Shown here: piece after piece, positions 62,346-64,000 of the stretch | Layout: the number at the start of each line of letters is the position of its first letter | Numbering within the stretch: position 1 is the first letter of the stretch | Origin: an uncultured cyanobacterium | GTDB taxonomy: Bacteria > Cyanobacteriota > Cyanobacteriia > Cyanobacteriales > Nostocaceae | Assembly (NCBI GenBank): GCA_963706595.1 | Contig: OY970166.1 | Location: 1,376,001 to 1,440,000 of the forward strand | Direction: 5' to 3' | Length of the DNA stretch: 64,000 nt | Made by a program: the position numbers and the translations under genes | Notes under the pieces: generated by a model | The model's database searches: none | Seen by the model: only the letters and a program-made list of their open reading frames with translations | Told to the model about the DNA's origin: nothing

Positions 62346-63461
62346 TTAATTATTGCTGTTTTGCATCGGTTTATATTTTTCTGGTTCTGTTCTCAACTCT
62401 ACATATAGAGAATCAATACCCTCTTGTTCTAAAAGTTCCAAGATGGCTAAATTTAAGTTTCTTTCAGCATCAAAGTAAAGATTATCATCATTAACAAATG
62501 CCATAAGTTCAATAACTCTGGCATTTTTTTCAATATTTTTGAAACGTACTGTACACTTAGGAGAAAAGCCAGGAATAGATGTTGGTATTTGTTGAATAGC
62601 ATCACAAATTCTCGCAGTTTGTTTTGCCGAAATACCATCAATTTTGAGAATTAAATTTAATCCCCACTTTAATTCGTCCCCTGGATTTTGTGACCAATTT
62701 TCTACAATTCCAGAAATCATGCGAGAATTGGGCATTTTGACGATTGAACCCCACTTAGCTAGATGCAGTGTTGTGGTTCTAAATCCAATAGTTAGGATCT
62801 CGACAAAACCATCTATTCCTGATATTCCCACCCAATCACCTTCTCGATACAGATTATCAGAGTAGATAATAATTGTACAAAACCAATCATAAAGAATGTC
62901 TTTAAAGAGTAAACCTAAAGTGATACCGGCACCACCGAGTAAACCCACAAGTGCAGCAGCTGATTGTCCTAAAAATATTTCACTGATTTTAATTGTCAGT
63001 ACAATAATTGCTGCTGATTGAAAAATTTTCGGCATCAAAGGTCTGAGCAATTCATCAAGTTCAGTTTCAGTATGCAGTACTATGTTAGCAATTACTTGAC
63101 CTAAAATTGAAGAACTACGATAAACAACATAGCCAACAATAAAAATAACTATTAGGTTCAGACTTTTACCAATAGTATCGGTTAAGCTAGAACCTAATTC
63201 TTCTGCAAGAATTTCCTTAATCAGCCAAAATCCACCAATGAGAATTAGCCAATTTAAAGCTGGCTTAATAATAGCAATTAATTCATCATCAAGAGTAGTT
63301 TCTGTTTTGCTTGTGAAATTTTCAATGGTTTTAATGATCACTGCCAGAACAAATCTTCTTAATGTCTGTGTCAACGTCAGAATGACAATTACAGCAGCAA
63401 TTTTAGCAATGGGAAAATTAGAATAGTCGATACTTTTGAGCGCATTATAGATGATTTCCAT
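62346..63461 (-). CDS. Mechanosensitive ion channel, MscS family
   Basis: GLLGGAGITLGL..KD, GDWV...DG.VE..IGFRTT, PNS...ENWS. Confidence 0.9.
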   Translation of the reverse strand: MEIIYNALKSIDYSNFPIAKIAAVIVILTLTQTLRRFVLAVIIKTIENFTSKTETTLDDELIAIIKPALNWLILIGGFWLIKEILAEELGSSLTDTIGKSLNLIVIFIVGYVVYRSSSILGQVIANIVLHTETELDELLRPLMPKIFQSAAIIVLTIKISEIFLGQSAAALVGLLGGAGITLGLLFKDILYDWFCTIIIYSDNLYREGDWVGISGIDGFVEILTIGFRTTTLHLAKWGSIVKMPNSRMISGIVENWSQNPGDELKWGLNLILKIDGISAKQTARICDAIQQIPTSIPGFSPKCTVRFKNIEKNARVIELMAFVNDDNLYFDAERNLNLAILELLEQEGIDSLYVELRTEPEKYKPMQNSNN

Positions 63462-63590
63462 TTTTACCCTGGTTACACTGTTATATATTTGAGTCTGTTG
63501 ATTTTAAATCATTGGATGATTTTTATCAGCGTTCAGGATTTTAACAGCTATTTAAATCTTGATTTATAAATGCTGTCCAAAAATTCATGA

Positions 63591-63668
63591 AACTTGACAA
63601 ATAATCAATCCAAACCACCATTTGTCATCTGTCCAAGTTTTTACAGTTTTCAATCCTTTACTCTGCAA
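63591..63668. repeat. 78-bp upstream segment duplicated at 60443-60520
   Basis: See paired copy. Confidence 0.75.
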
Positions 63669-63708
63669 ATGATGATCTAACACTGTTAATGATTGAGCAA
63701 TCATTCCT

Positions 63709-63999
63709 TTAATCCTCTTTGTTGACTCTGGGTGTTTCTGGATCAACGCCAAGTTCAAACAGGATTTTATATTGAGGATGGATGCGATTTGCTAATAAAC
63801 CAACCCGGATTAATTTGTTGATATAAACAACTGCTAAATGCCCAAGGTAGAAAATTAATTTCTTTCTTAAAAGGTCGGGATTAAGGTAAAATGTATCTTC
63901 GCTAATAAAAGTCTGGAAAAGTGTTTCTTGCAAATTCCACGAGTTCTCAAAGTAATTGAGTAGAGTTTGGGAATTTGAGCAGATGCCATCTGATGAATT
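63709..63999 (-). pseudogene. ovoA: Truncated 5-histidylcysteine sulfoxide synthase (OvoA-like), N-terminal part only
   Basis: YFENSW...LF...FY.NPD.LR..LIFYLGH.AV.YINKL...LFE.GVDP, then a stop; frame is open to the window edge. Confidence 0.7.
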
Positions 64000-64000
64000 T

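Overview
64-kb chromosomal segment of a heterocyst-forming cyanobacterium (Nostocales). This assignment rests on dense HIP1 (GCGATCGC) sites, heptamer STRR repeats, patN next to trpA-DUF3007-ndhL, a HetZ-related gene and tRNA-Leu(UAA) with its group I intron. Most of the window is housekeeping or signalling: larC, a Sua5-family gene, Dam methylase, rbfA, a biliverdin-type phytochrome/response regulator/hybrid kinase cluster, glgX, molybdate uptake genes with a VnfR-like regulator, a CruE/CrtU-like carotenoid enzyme, an ABC-2 exporter, peroxiredoxins, a Csp-type copper protein and two mscS genes. The most interesting signals are: (1) a tandem array of four double-glycine-leader peptide genes with variable cores and covarying intergenic hairpins, with no dedicated maturation enzyme nearby; (2) a 206-bp gene-less IS200/IS605 derivative that keeps both ends, a promoter-like box and what looks like a TnpB omega-RNA scaffold; (3) a 36-bp motif found four times upstream of the molybdate genes and of a TauE/SafE exporter; (4) a sigma-like/DUF1822 pair flanked by two secreted proteins that share a 26-bp upstream motif, one ending in a cationic 4-Cys peptide. 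There are also two frameshifted genes, three gene remnants (MmyB-like, cysK, ovoA) and nested MITE/SDR insertions. All family assignments come from motif recognition only; no database searches were run.
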